From NCBI GenBank assembly GCA_963740355.1, contig CAVUDW010000002.1:1472001-1536000 (forward strand): 64,000 bases of DNA. Direction: 5' to 3'. Source of the stretch: an uncultured Gemmatimonadaceae bacterium (lineage in GTDB: Bacteria; Gemmatimonadota; Gemmatimonadetes; Gemmatimonadales; Gemmatimonadaceae). The notes under the pieces were generated by a model. That model saw only the letters and a list, made by a program, of their open reading frames with translations. It was not told the origin of the DNA and ran no database searches. A program made the position numbers and the translations under genes. Below are positions 30,970-41,705 of the stretch, piece after piece. Each line of letters starts with the position of its first letter. Within the stretch, counting starts at the first letter, position 1.

Positions 30970-32343
30970 TCAGCGCGGCAGGCCCCGGACAGTCTTGATG
31001 TTCGCGAACGCTGACAGTCCGGCCGCTCCAAGCTCCCGGCCGTAGCCACTCGCCTTGATGCCGCCGAACGGCAACGCGGCATCGGAGACGACGGGCTGGT
31101 TGATCATGACGCTGCCCGCCTCGAATTCCGCCGCGCAGCGCGCTGCGACATCCGCATCGTTCGTCCAGACGCTCGAGCCGAGCCCGAAGCGTGTGCTGTT
31201 GGCGCGTACGATGGCGTCGTCGAGACTGTGGACGCGCCAGACACCGGCCACCGGGCCGAACAGCTCCTCGACCGCCATCGGCGAATCGTCGGGAATGTCG
31301 GTCACGATCGATGGTGGATACCACGCAGTGGGGCTGCCGGGATTGGTGCACCCGAGCTGCGCCACGGCGCCCGCATCGAGCGTCGCCTGCACCTGCGCAT
31401 GCAGGGCATCCCGTGCGGCAAGTGACACCAGCGGGCCGACGTCGGTATCGATCGCACGCGGATCGCTGACCTTGAGGGCTTGCATCGCGACGATGAATGC
31501 CGCCAGAAACGCATCGTAGACTGAGTCGTGGACGAGAAAGCGCTTGGCGGCGATGCACGACTGCCCGCTGTTGACGCAGCGTGCCAATGCTGCGGCCCGC
31601 GCCACGACGGGTATGTCCACATCGTGCCAGACGAGGAAGGGATCGCTTCCGCCGAGTTCGAGGACGCACGGCTTGAGCGCCGCACCAGCCGCTGCCGCGA
31701 CGGCAGCCCCCGCGCGTTCACTGCCTGTGATGGTGACGGCTGCGACGCGGGGATCCGCAATGATGCCCGCGGCCGCGTCCCGCGAGACGAGCAGCACCTC
31801 GAACAATCCGCCTGACAGCGGCGACTTGGCCAGCGCGTCACGCACGGCGTCCTCCAGCGCCAACGCACAGCCACTCACGTTTTCGGCGTGCTTGAGGACC
31901 ACGGTGTTGCCGAGCAGCAGTGCCGGGGCCAGCACGCGCACGACCTGCCAGTAGGGGAAATTCCATGGCATGATCGCGAATAACACGCCGATCGGGTCGT
32001 GACGGATCGTGTCGCCCGGCTTCGGGCCGGCGACCGGCTCGATAAGTGCAGCGTGGTCCGCGTACCATTCACAGCAGACGGCGCACTTTTCGACTTCGGC
32101 GCGTGCGGCCGTGATTGGCTTGCCCATTTCGAGCGTTGCCATGGTGGCGAGCGTATCGGCATGGTGACGGATCGCGGATGCGATCTGGCGCAGGACGTCG
32201 GCGCGTACAGCGGCCGGGGACTGGCGCCAAACCTTCTGCGCGGCATGCGCCCTCGTCAGGCGCTGGTTTGCCTCATCGGTCGAATGCTGCCGGTGTGTGG
32301 CAAGGGTGGCTCCGCCGTGCGGGTTGACGCTGGTAAGGGTCAC
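30970..32343 (-). CDS. aldehyde dehydrogenase, succinate-semialdehyde dehydrogenase (Sad/GabD1)-like
   Basis: IMPWNFPYWQ, LELGGSDP, NSGQSCIAAKR, EELFGPV, PFGGIKASGYGREL. Confidence 0.88.
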   Translation of the reverse strand: MTLTSVNPHGGATLATHRQHSTDEANQRLTRAHAAQKVWRQSPAAVRADVLRQIASAIRHHADTLATMATLEMGKPITAARAEVEKCAVCCEWYADHAALIEPVAGPKPGDTIRHDPIGVLFAIMPWNFPYWQVVRVLAPALLLGNTVVLKHAENVSGCALALEDAVRDALAKSPLSGGLFEVLLVSRDAAAGIIADPRVAAVTITGSERAGAAVAAAAGAALKPCVLELGGSDPFLVWHDVDIPVVARAAALARCVNSGQSCIAAKRFLVHDSVYDAFLAAFIVAMQALKVSDPRAIDTDVGPLVSLAARDALHAQVQATLDAGAVAQLGCTNPGSPTAWYPPSIVTDIPDDSPMAVEELFGPVAGVWRVHSLDDAIVRANSTRFGLGSSVWTNDADVAARCAAEFEAGSVMINQPVVSDAALPFGGIKASGYGRELGAAGLSAFANIKTVRGLPR

Positions 32344-32465
32344 GCAAAACACTCCCGAAGGTGAAAGGCGGCGCCACATCGATCGGCCCAGCCGAGCGAT
32401 CGCGCACCTCGATACTGAACTTGGGCCACGTCTGTCGGCATTGTGATACCCACTACTTCTTCATC

Positions 32466-33554
32466 ATGATTATTTCTGATAACTCGCCAGTCGTGCCCGC
32501 TTCGATCATCGCCGCCGCCGGCCAGGAATTGAGCACGCCGAAACCAACGGGAAAGTTCCGTGCGGCGGCGATCCTGATCGTACTTGGCTGCAGCATCGTG
32601 TGGGCGATGGTGCCGTTTGCGCCCGGCATCCTTGGTGCCGCCGTGTTCTATGTGCTGACGGTGAATGCGTACCGCTGGATGGTGGCGAGGAAGGTGCCGC
32701 GATCGCTGGCCGCGACCGCGATGCTGCTGGTCGTGCTGCTGCTGATTCTGGTGCCCGGTGGCGCACTGGTGACGGTGCTCATCGACGAGATCCCAACCGC
32801 CATTCGCGGCCTCGATACTGGGCCACTGGTGCGTGCGGTACAGCACCTGCGCATTGGACCGATCAACGTCGGCGAGCAGCTGGCGCGTGCCAGCGGCAGC
32901 ATCGGCGCCTGGGTTTCGCAGCAGGTGCTGGGCGCCGTGGGCGGTGCCGCGCGCGGGACGCTGAACCTCGTCATCGCATTGCTGGGCCTGTACTACCTGC
33001 TGCTGGCCGCCGAAGACGTCTGGCCGAAGATCAAGCGTTACCTGCCGTTCACCGACGACGACAGCGAAGACCTCCGCAACAAGTTCTACGAAGTGACGAT
33101 GGCCACGGTGCTCGGCGTCGTCGCGGTGGCTGTCGTACAGGGTGTGCTGGTCGGCGCAGCGTTTGCCGTGCTCCAGCTACCGAATCCGATCGTCTGGGGC
33201 ACCGTCACCGCGATTGCGTCCGTGCTGCCGTTGGTTGGATCGGCATTGGTCTGGCTGCCTGGCTCGATCGTCCTCTTCGCAACGGGCAACGTTGGGCAAG
33301 CGGCCGGTCTTGCAATTTTCGGCGGTGTGGTGGTGTCGAACATCGACAACGTGATGCGCCCTCTGGTCTCGAAGCGCGTGGGCAACCTGCATCCACTCAC
33401 CACGCTGCTCGGCGCCTTCGCCGGCATCGAATACATCGGATTGATCGGTGTGCTGCTTGGACCGCTCGCCATCACCTGGTTCTTCGAACTGATGATGATC
33501 TACGACAAGGAATACGGGTTGACGGATCGCTTCAACCTGTTGACCAAGTCGTGA
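32466..33554 (+). CDS. AI-2E family transporter
   Basis: Multi-TM protein with PLVGSALVWLP, IDNVMRP and G..G.LLGP motifs. Start ATG 32466 is inferred. Confidence 0.88.
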   Translation: MIISDNSPVVPASIIAAAGQELSTPKPTGKFRAAAILIVLGCSIVWAMVPFAPGILGAAVFYVLTVNAYRWMVARKVPRSLAATAMLLVVLLLILVPGGALVTVLIDEIPTAIRGLDTGPLVRAVQHLRIGPINVGEQLARASGSIGAWVSQQVLGAVGGAARGTLNLVIALLGLYYLLLAAEDVWPKIKRYLPFTDDDSEDLRNKFYEVTMATVLGVVAVAVVQGVLVGAAFAVLQLPNPIVWGTVTAIASVLPLVGSALVWLPGSIVLFATGNVGQAAGLAIFGGVVVSNIDNVMRPLVSKRVGNLHPLTTLLGAFAGIEYIGLIGVLLGPLAITWFFELMMIYDKEYGLTDRFNLLTKS

Positions 33555-33679
33555 TGCGCGGGTGGACACATCGGAGTGGAGTGCGCGACATGAGGCATAT
33601 GCCGGTGCCCGCGTGCAATGGATTGCAGTCGCACGAAAACGTATAGGCGCATCGCGCTCCCCCGGCGCACCTTGGCGCC

Positions 33680-35230
33680 GTGCTTGCCTCTCTCCGCTCC
33701 GCCGCCATACTCGGCATCGACGCCTGCTCGATCACCGTCGAGGTCAACGTCTCCCAAGGGCTGCCGCTCTGGACGATCGTTGGCCTCGCCGACAGCGTCG
33801 TCAAGGAGTCGAAGGAACGGGTCGTGGCCGCTCTCCGCGAATGCGGCTTCCGCATTCCATCCCAGCGTGTGCTGGCCGCACTCTCACCCGCCGATGTACG
33901 GAAGATCGGGAACGGCTACGATCTCCCCATCGCGCTCGGCTTTCTCGTCGCGACCGGCCAGCTCCCACCAGACGCCGTGGCCAACCTGGTCGCGATCGGT
34001 GAACTCGGCCTCGATGGCTCTCTCCGCGCAGTGCGAGGCGCACTCCCCGTCGCACGGATGCTGGCCAGTCGCGAGGATCGCGCAACACTGCTGGTGCCAC
34101 CAACGAACGTGAACGAAGCGGCGCTGGTGCAGGGCGTGCGCATCGCCACGGCCAGCTCATTGCGCCAACTCGTGGCGGCGCTGCAACGTGGCCCACTACC
34201 GACGGCCCTCGCGACGGTGACGCCGGAAGTGAACGCGCCGGAGATCCCTGATTTCGCCGATGTCGTCGGACAACCCGCGGCAAAACGCGCACTCCTGATC
34301 GCCGCTGCAGGGGGACACAACCTCGCGATGTCCGGCCCGCCCGGCACCGGCAAGACCATGCTCGCGCGCCGGATCCCAGGCATCATGCCGCCGCTCACCG
34401 ACCAACAGCTCCTCGACGTCGTCGCGGTGCACTCGGTCGCCGGGACACTCAGCGATGCCCAACTGCACGCGCGCATCGCGCCCTTCCGCGCGCCACACCA
34501 CACCGTCTCCATCGCCGGATTGATCGGGGGCGGCAGCGGACCGCGACCGGGAGAAGTCAGCCTCGCACACGGCGGTGTGCTGTTTCTCGACGAATTGCCC
34601 GAACTCCAGCCCGCCGCGCTCGAGGCCCTGCGCCAGCCACTCGAAGATCGAATGGTCACCATCGCGCGCGTAGCCGGATCCATCCGTTTCCCATCCGACG
34701 TGCTGCTGGTGGTGGCCATGAATCCCTGCCCGTGTGGATTCGCCGGGCACGCCACCATCACCTGCCAATGCGATGAACGCGCGCTCGCGCGCTACCGCCG
34801 CCGACTCTCCGGCCCACTCACCGATCGCATCGACCTCCACGTTCCCGTCGGCACCGTGCCGCTGGCCGATCTCGATACCACCCCGCGGCCCCCCGAATCC
34901 GCCGCGATTCGCGCGCAGGTCATCGCTGCCCGCGCCCGCCAGCTGGCCCGCTTCGAGAGCCTGAACGCCTCCGTCGCGCCCAGACGCCTCGCCTCGCAAG
35001 GCAACTTCCTCCCCGCGGCCCTCACCCTCCTTCGGGATGCCAGCGAGCGACTCGGCCTCTCGGCACGCGCCTGGCACCGCAGCTTGCGCGTGGCCCGGAC
35101 CATCGCCGACCTCGCCGATGTCGAGACCGTCGGTGCGGCCGCTGTCGCAGAGGCGCTCCGCTATCGACGGGTCTCGCCCGGGGCGTCCGAGCTCAGCAGC
35201 CCACGTCCGCCGACACTCCGGCCCGGCTGA
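33680..35230 (+). CDS. comM: ComM/YifB Mg-chelatase-like AAA+ ATPase
   Basis: IVGL.D..VKES.ERV, GELGLDG, GPPGTGKT, PFRAPHH, PGEVSLAHGGVLFLDE, AMNPCPCG. Confidence 0.92.
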   Translation: MLASLRSAAILGIDACSITVEVNVSQGLPLWTIVGLADSVVKESKERVVAALRECGFRIPSQRVLAALSPADVRKIGNGYDLPIALGFLVATGQLPPDAVANLVAIGELGLDGSLRAVRGALPVARMLASREDRATLLVPPTNVNEAALVQGVRIATASSLRQLVAALQRGPLPTALATVTPEVNAPEIPDFADVVGQPAAKRALLIAAAGGHNLAMSGPPGTGKTMLARRIPGIMPPLTDQQLLDVVAVHSVAGTLSDAQLHARIAPFRAPHHTVSIAGLIGGGSGPRPGEVSLAHGGVLFLDELPELQPAALEALRQPLEDRMVTIARVAGSIRFPSDVLLVVAMNPCPCGFAGHATITCQCDERALARYRRRLSGPLTDRIDLHVPVGTVPLADLDTTPRPPESAAIRAQVIAARARQLARFESLNASVAPRRLASQGNFLPAALTLLRDASERLGLSARAWHRSLRVARTIADLADVETVGAAAVAEALRYRRVSPGASELSSPRPPTLRPG

Positions 35231-35254
35231 GGCACAATCCGTGCTGTCTCCCTT

Positions 35255-38200
35255 ATGCTTCGCAACACGGACGCCAATCCGTCCGTTGTCCCGCCAATGG
35301 CGCTGCCTCGTCGCCACGTCGCCGCACGCCACGTCGCCCTCCGCCGCCACATGCCAGATTCGTCGACCCGCACGCCGCGACATTCGTCGGCCGATCCGTT
35401 GGGATCGGGCCCGGCGGAGCTGCGCGGCGGCGAGTTCGCGAATCCCGGCACCCGAGCCGCAGCGTACGCACCCGTGGGACCCGCACTGCGACGCATCGTC
35501 GATACACTCACCGCGCTCGGTGATGCCGTCATCGTCACGACGCTCGACGGCACCGTCGTGCTCTGGACGCCCGCCGCGATGAACGTGCTCGGCTGGTGCA
35601 GCGACGACGCGCTCGGCAAGTCGTTCATCGAGCTCCTGGACCCGACGCCGGCAGACGTCGACGCACCACGTGCGTCATCCTTCCTGACGGACACACACTG
35701 GCAGGGTGCCGCAGGCGTGCGCCACAGCGAGCGCGGACGGATGACCGTGCACCTGTCCATGGCGCAAGTCAGCCTCGATGATCCCGACGATCCGCGGCGC
35801 ACGGGCATGGTGTTGCGCGTTCGACCGTTCGCCGAACGACCACGACTCGCGGGGCCAGAGAGCCTGGACCCCTTGCTGCTCGAACGCGCCCTGGAACATG
35901 TCGAAGATGTCGTGATCATCACCGCGGGCCTGCCCACCGATCCGTCGTCAGCCCGCATCGTCTACGTCAATCAGTCGTTCGAACGCACGACCGGCTTTCG
36001 ACGGGATGAGGTGATCGGGCGGTCGCCGACACTGCTGCGTGGCCCCGACACCGATCGCGGCGCATCGGAACGCATCGACGCCGCCGTGCGCGATCGCCAG
36101 CGCGTCCGCGAGGAACTGCTCAACTACACCAAGCACGGCGAACCCCTCTGGCTCGATGTCGACATCATCCCCGTCGATGGACCGGGTGGCAACTACATGC
36201 AGTGGGTGGCCGTCGAACGCGACGTCACGTCACAGAAAGGGCAGGAGGTTGCTCTCCGCGCCCGCGAGGAGCGTCTGCGCCTTGCACTCAACGCCGTCTG
36301 GGATGGGCTCTGGGATTGGCATGTACCCACCGGCTACTGCTACTACGCGCCGCGCTGGTACTCGATGCTCGGGTTCGTGGAACATGCGCTCCCGCCGCAC
36401 ATCGACACCTTCCTCGATCTCCTCCACCCGCTCGACCTTCAGGCCTGTGAACAGGCGTTGCGCGACCATTTCGATGGGCGCACCGACACCTACGCGCTCG
36501 AGGTGCGGCTGCGCACCGCGGATAACGCGTGGCGATGGGTGTTGACGCGCGGCACCGTCGTCGAACGTGACCAGCACGGACGCCCCGTCCGCATGGTCGG
36601 CACACATACCGACATCGCGGAACGCAAGCAAGCCGAACTCGCCCTCCGCACCAGCGAGGACCGTTTTCGCACGCTCACGATGGCGTCGCCACTCGGCATT
36701 TTCCTCACCGATGCGGCTGGGGAATGCACGTTCGTGACGCCCCGGATGCTCGATCTCTGGGGAGCGCCCGTCGACGCCCTCCTCGGGCGAGGGTTCCTCG
36801 ACGCCGCACACCCCGACGACAGCGCGCGAGTGCACGCCGCCTGGCAGACTGCGGTGCGCGATGGCGGGGAACTCAGCATGGAATACCGCGTGCTGCGCCC
36901 TGATGGTGATGTGCGCTGGATCTGCGAGCGAACCGCTGCGCACCGCGACGGACCACTCGTGACCGGATTCGTCGGCACCGTCGAGGACATCACCGCGCAG
37001 AAGCTCGCAGCCGATGATCGGCGACGCCTCGAGGCGCAGATGCAGCATGCGCAAAAACTCGAAAGCCTCGGCGTGCTCGCCGGTGGGATCGCCCACGACT
37101 TCAACAACCTCCTCGTCGGCATCCTTGGCAACGCCAGCGTGGCCCGTGAGGATGTCGAACCCGGAACGCCCACCGAGGAAATTCTCGGTGACATCGAGAT
37201 GGCCGCGCGGCGCGCGGCCGAGCTGACCACGCAGCTCCTCGCCTACGCCGGGAAGGGGCGCTTCAACGTGCAGCCGCTCGATGTCTCGGCCGCCGTGCGG
37301 GAAACCTCGCTGCTGCTGCAGTCCGCAATCTCGAAGCGCGCGACACTGGTGATGCAGCTGGTGGACGATTTGCCGGCCATCGCCGCCGACGCCACGCAGG
37401 TGCGCCAAGTGATCATGAACCTGCTCACCAACGCCTCGGATGCGTTGGATGATCATCCCGGCGAGATCGCGCTCACCACCGGTCGCATGTTTGCCGACGG
37501 CGAATACCTCGCCGAGTGCCTCGCGGCGGACGGGGTCAGTCCAGGGGAGTTCGTCTTCGTGGAAGTCGCCGATACCGGTGTCGGCATGAATGCTGAGACG
37601 CTGGCGCGCATCTTCGACCCGTTCTTCACCACCAAGTTCACCGGACGGGGACTCGGCCTCGCTGCCACACTCGGCATCGTGCGCGGGCATCGCGGCGCGT
37701 TGCATGTGCGGAGCGCGCTGGGATCGGGCACCGTTTTCCGGGTCTTGTTTCCGGTCGCGGCGTCGCGTGAACCCACCAGTCGCACGCCGCGGTCGGTGGT
37801 CGCCATTCCGCGCTCCGGCACCATCCTGGTCGTGGATGACGAGGAAACCGTGCGTGGCGTCGCACGCCGCATGTTGGAGCGTCGCGGCTATGTCGTCCTC
37901 GAGGCCAGCGACGGTGACGACGGTCTTCGCGCGTTTGCCGAGCATGAGGCGAGCATCGTGGCCATCGTGCTCGATGTCACCATGCCGCGCGTCAGTGGAA
38001 CGGAAGTCCTGGCTGACCTGCGGCGCAGGGGAAAGCAGGTGCCGGTCGTCCTCGCGAGTGGCTATACCTCACAGTCGCTTGCCGCACCGATCGCTGGCGA
38101 ACCGGCACCGATCTTCGTTCAGAAGCCCTTCGTCACCGCTGAATTGCTGGCCGGCATTGATTCAGCGCTGGCACGCTACCTCGAGCAGTCACACCGCTGA
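35255..38200 (+). CDS. multi-PAS hybrid sensor histidine kinase/response regulator
   Basis: Four PAS/PAC domains, H-box AGGIAHDFNNLL, FDPFFTTK, GRGLGL, and a receiver domain (LVVDDE, LDVTMP). Start is uncertain and may be 35351. Confidence 0.92.
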   Translation: MLRNTDANPSVVPPMALPRRHVAARHVALRRHMPDSSTRTPRHSSADPLGSGPAELRGGEFANPGTRAAAYAPVGPALRRIVDTLTALGDAVIVTTLDGTVVLWTPAAMNVLGWCSDDALGKSFIELLDPTPADVDAPRASSFLTDTHWQGAAGVRHSERGRMTVHLSMAQVSLDDPDDPRRTGMVLRVRPFAERPRLAGPESLDPLLLERALEHVEDVVIITAGLPTDPSSARIVYVNQSFERTTGFRRDEVIGRSPTLLRGPDTDRGASERIDAAVRDRQRVREELLNYTKHGEPLWLDVDIIPVDGPGGNYMQWVAVERDVTSQKGQEVALRAREERLRLALNAVWDGLWDWHVPTGYCYYAPRWYSMLGFVEHALPPHIDTFLDLLHPLDLQACEQALRDHFDGRTDTYALEVRLRTADNAWRWVLTRGTVVERDQHGRPVRMVGTHTDIAERKQAELALRTSEDRFRTLTMASPLGIFLTDAAGECTFVTPRMLDLWGAPVDALLGRGFLDAAHPDDSARVHAAWQTAVRDGGELSMEYRVLRPDGDVRWICERTAAHRDGPLVTGFVGTVEDITAQKLAADDRRRLEAQMQHAQKLESLGVLAGGIAHDFNNLLVGILGNASVAREDVEPGTPTEEILGDIEMAARRAAELTTQLLAYAGKGRFNVQPLDVSAAVRETSLLLQSAISKRATLVMQLVDDLPAIAADATQVRQVIMNLLTNASDALDDHPGEIALTTGRMFADGEYLAECLAADGVSPGEFVFVEVADTGVGMNAETLARIFDPFFTTKFTGRGLGLAATLGIVRGHRGALHVRSALGSGTVFRVLFPVAASREPTSRTPRSVVAIPRSGTILVVDDEETVRGVARRMLERRGYVVLEASDGDDGLRAFAEHEASIVAIVLDVTMPRVSGTEVLADLRRRGKQVPVVLASGYTSQSLAAPIAGEPAPIFVQKPFVTAELLAGIDSALARYLEQSHR

Positions 38201-38231
38201 GTCCTGGCCGTCGCACGCAGGACGGCGTCGC

Positions 38232-38624
38232 TCAGTTCCTCGTGTTGGCCGTGATCGGCTCGAGCAGCTTCGCGATGGAATCGAGCAGGATGTTTTCGTC
38301 GATGATCGGCTTGGCCACGTAACTGTCGAAGCCGGCCTGCAGAAACTTCTCGCGGTCGCCGCTCATGGCGTGCGCGGTGAGGGCGACGATCGGCAGCTGC
38401 CGCAGTCGCGGATCGGCACGGATCTCTCGCGCCACTGCCAGGCCGTCCATCTCGGGAAGCGAGATGTCGAGCAGGACGAGGTCCGGCGGTGATTCGCGGA
38501 GCCCGTTCAGCGCTTCGATGCCGGTGGCGTATTCGGTGATGTCGTACAGGTCCTCGAGCAGCGCCTGGACCAGCAGACGGTTGTCCGCGTTGTCCTCGAC
38601 CACGGCGATTCGTTTACGCGTCAT
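38232..38624 (-). CDS. single-domain response regulator (DivK-like)
   Basis: VVEDN, LLDISLPEMDG, ALTAHAM, KP. Confidence 0.92.
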   Translation of the reverse strand: MTRKRIAVVEDNADNRLLVQALLEDLYDITEYATGIEALNGLRESPPDLVLLDISLPEMDGLAVAREIRADPRLRQLPIVALTAHAMSGDREKFLQAGFDSYVAKPIIDENILLDSIAKLLEPITANTRN

Positions 38625-38852
38625 GCCTGCGACTCCTTCGGATGGTGCGCGACGAGGTCGCGGCCGAGCGGCGCTCCGGGCGTCTTCTGCTGGAAGCGCG
38701 ACGGTGCGAGTAACGGGATACCGGCGAGTATCGTCGTCTCTGTGGGGTACATGAAGCCGGTGAGGCTCCCCACGGCCCTCCGGGCGACTAACCTTGCCCC
38801 GAGGCGTCTGCGGGCGCCGCCCCCGAATTCCCGATTCCCGGAGTCGTCCGTC

Positions 38853-39554
38853 GTGTTTGGTTGCTTCCGTCGCCTGATCAGCCTCGTCATCCTCGCCGTC
38901 GTCGGCGTCGGCCTGTACCTCACCCGGGACGCTTGGTTGCCCACGGTCCGGAAGGCGATCGGTTCGACGAGTGGCGCTGCACCCGCTGCTTCTGGCGCGG
39001 ATTCGACCGCGCGAGCGAAAGCCGACACCGGGTGGGCGGCGCTGTCCTATCCGGCCAAGGAGAAGGGCCGTCGCTCTGCGGCACGCCTCCAGCAGTCGAA
39101 GGGCCCTGCCTACGTCACCGTCTCGGCCGAGGAGTTCGCCGCCGCCTTCCTCGATTCATTGTCGGCCCAGCTGCCAGCGAGTACGGAGAGTCTCGTCGTG
39201 CGGGCGCAGGGCAACGAATTCCAGGTGCGCGCGTCGCTCAAGCTCGGTGACCTCGGTGGTCGGGCCGTACTCGGACCGCTGGCGTCGATGGTCGGTGAAC
39301 GCGAACGGGTGACGCTCGGTGGAACCCTCGAACCGACGTCCGTGGCGGGGGTAGCGCAGTTCAAGCTGACTCGCGTTCGGGTCGGCGACTTTGCAGTGCC
39401 CAGTCCCGTCGTGCCGCGACTCGTGAAGGCGCTCAAGCGCGGCACGGGTGCCGTGGGCGTCGAGGCCAGCGCACTGCCCATTCGCCTGCCGGCCGGCGTC
39501 GGTGACGTCCGTGTCTCGCAGGGCAAAGTCACGCTTTACCGTGCCACCCCGTGA
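38853..39554 (+). CDS. hypothetical membrane-anchored protein
   Basis: GCFRRLISLVILAVVGVGLYL N-terminal anchor; its stop overlaps the next start. Start at GTG 38853 is inferred. Confidence 0.65.
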   Translation: MFGCFRRLISLVILAVVGVGLYLTRDAWLPTVRKAIGSTSGAAPAASGADSTARAKADTGWAALSYPAKEKGRRSAARLQQSKGPAYVTVSAEEFAAAFLDSLSAQLPASTESLVVRAQGNEFQVRASLKLGDLGGRAVLGPLASMVGERERVTLGGTLEPTSVAGVAQFKLTRVRVGDFAVPSPVVPRLVKALKRGTGAVGVEASALPIRLPAGVGDVRVSQGKVTLYRATP

Positions 39555-40927
39555 ACCGACGCATTCTCGTCATCGATGATGAAGCCCCGATCCGCTCTGC
39601 ACTCAGCCAACTGCTCGAGTACGAGGGGTACGAAGTCCGCACCGTCGCCAATGGCGCCGATGGCCTGACGGAGTACGACAAGTTCCGGCCGCATCTGGTG
39701 TTCAGCGATGTGAAGATGGCCGGCATGGATGGCCTCGATGTGTTGCGTGCGCTGAAGGTGAAGGACTCGCGTGCGCTGGTGGTCATGATCAGCGGTCACG
39801 CGACCCTCGCCACCGCCGTCGAAGCCACGCAGGCCGGCGCGTACGACGTGATGGAGAAGCCGCTCGACACCGACCGGATCCTCGTGCTCCTGCGCAACGC
39901 GCTGCGACACCTGGATCTCGAGGAGGAGAACGCCACCCTGCTCGAGCAGCTCGATGCGCGTCGCGAAATCGTGGGGCAGAGTCACGCCATCGTCTCGCTG
40001 ATGGAGCGCATCGACAAGGTCGCAGGCACACCGGCACGGGTGCTGATCACCGGCGAGAACGGCACCGGCAAGGAGCTCGTCGCACGCGCGGTGCACCGCG
40101 GATCGACGCGCGCCAAGAAGCCGTTCATCGAGGTGAACTGCGCCGCGATCCCAGGAGAGTTGATCGAGAGCGAACTGTTCGGCCACATGCGCGGGTCGTT
40201 CACCGGCGCGATTTCCGACCGGCCCGGCAAGTTCGAGCAAGCCGATGGCGGCACGCTCTTCCTCGATGAAATCGGCGACATGTCGCTGGCGGCGCAGGCC
40301 AAGGTGCTTCGCGTGCTGCAGGACGGCGTCGTCACGCGCATCGGCGGCAACAAGCCGGTGCAGGTGGACGTGCGCGTGCTCGCCGCCACGAACAAGGAAC
40401 TGGAGCACGAAATCGCCGAAGGACGATTCCGTGAGGACCTGTTCTATCGGTTGAACGTGGTGCCGATCAGTGTGCCGCCACTCCGCGAACGGCGCGAGGA
40501 CATTCCGCTGCTGATCGCGTTCTTCGTGCAGCAGATGGCCCAGCGGGATGGCATCGCCCCGCGACGCTTCGCCGTCGATGCCGTGCAGGCGCTCACGGAA
40601 CTCGACTGGAGCGGCAACGTGCGCGAGTTGCGCAATACCGTCGAACGGCTGCTGATCCTCGCGGGCGGTGACGGCATCACCGTGGCCGACGTGCATCGCC
40701 TCGTCGGGCGCCCCAGTGCCGACACCGCTGGACTCGGTGCACTGATGCAGTGCAAGAGCTTCGAGGATTTCAAGCTCGCCGCGGAGGAAGCCTTCCTGCG
40801 CGTGAAGTTGCGCGAGCATGACTGGAACGTGAGCGAGACCGCGCGTGCGCTCGATATGCCACGATCGAACCTGTACAAGAAGATCGAACGGTACGGCCTG
40901 GTGCGGGCCGGCATGGCCGCCACCTGA
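39551..40927 (+). CDS. NtrC/NtrX-family sigma54-type response regulator
   Basis: Receiver, Walker A GENGTGKE, ESELFGH..GSFTGA (GAFTGA variant), LFLDEIG, GNVREL, Fis-type HTH. Confidence 0.93.
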   Translation: MNRRILVIDDEAPIRSALSQLLEYEGYEVRTVANGADGLTEYDKFRPHLVFSDVKMAGMDGLDVLRALKVKDSRALVVMISGHATLATAVEATQAGAYDVMEKPLDTDRILVLLRNALRHLDLEEENATLLEQLDARREIVGQSHAIVSLMERIDKVAGTPARVLITGENGTGKELVARAVHRGSTRAKKPFIEVNCAAIPGELIESELFGHMRGSFTGAISDRPGKFEQADGGTLFLDEIGDMSLAAQAKVLRVLQDGVVTRIGGNKPVQVDVRVLAATNKELEHEIAEGRFREDLFYRLNVVPISVPPLRERREDIPLLIAFFVQQMAQRDGIAPRRFAVDAVQALTELDWSGNVRELRNTVERLLILAGGDGITVADVHRLVGRPSADTAGLGALMQCKSFEDFKLAAEEAFLRVKLREHDWNVSETARALDMPRSNLYKKIERYGLVRAGMAAT

Positions 40928-41646
40928 TGTCACGCGTCAATCGTTTCGGTCAGCCGATCGGGGATGCGGTGCTCAACTGGAAGCCGCCCATCGCACCACC
41001 GCGTGACGTCATCCACGGACAGCGCTGCGATCTCGAGCCCCTCGATCTCGAGAAACATGGTGACGCGCTCTTCGAGGCGAATGAACGCGGCGATGGCAGC
41101 AACTGGACGTATCTCTTCAACGAGCCGCCGACCTCGCGTGACGCGTACCTCGAGTACATGCGCAGCACCTTTCTCGGCGACGATCCACTCTGCTTCGCGA
41201 TCATCGATGCGGCGAGTGCGCAGGCGGTCGGCGTGGCGAGCTACATGCGGATCACACCCGCGGCTGGCTCGATCGAAGTCGGGCACATCAATTTCTCGCC
41301 CGCGTTGCAGCGTACGCCGATCGCCACCGAGGCGATGTACCTGATGATGAAGACGGTCTTCGATCTCGGCTATCGGCGATATGAGTGGAAGTGCGATTCG
41401 CTGAACGCGCCGTCGCGAGCGGCGGCACAACGCCTGGGGTTTTCGTTCGAGGGCGTCTTCCGGAACGCGCTGGTCTACAAGGGGCGCAATCGCGACACGG
41501 CGTGGTATTCGATTACCAATAGCGAGTGGCCGGCGATTCGGGGCGCCTTCGAGCAGTGGCTGGCACCGGAGAACTTCGATGCGCATGGGTCGCAGCGCGT
41601 CCAGCTCAGGTGGCTGACCTCCAAGCTCCTGCGCGCGGTTGGCTAG
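40927..41646 (+). CDS. RimJ/RimL-type GNAT acetyltransferase
   Basis: GSIEVGHI, LGYRRYEWKCDSLN.PS..AA.RLGF.FEG.FR, GRNRDTAWYSI. Confidence 0.88.
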   Translation: MSRVNRFGQPIGDAVLNWKPPIAPPRDVIHGQRCDLEPLDLEKHGDALFEANERGDGSNWTYLFNEPPTSRDAYLEYMRSTFLGDDPLCFAIIDAASAQAVGVASYMRITPAAGSIEVGHINFSPALQRTPIATEAMYLMMKTVFDLGYRRYEWKCDSLNAPSRAAAQRLGFSFEGVFRNALVYKGRNRDTAWYSITNSEWPAIRGAFEQWLAPENFDAHGSQRVQLRWLTSKLLRAVG

Positions 41647-41705
41647 ATTTCAGGACTCCGCGCCAACGGGACAGCTCCGGGGCGCCTCCCCCTCCTGTTC
41701 GCCTC

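Noticed and set aside
33680..35230. Extra Mg-chelatase subunit belonging to photosynthesis
   Set aside because: It has the ComM/YifB architecture, and the true bchI is at 6421.
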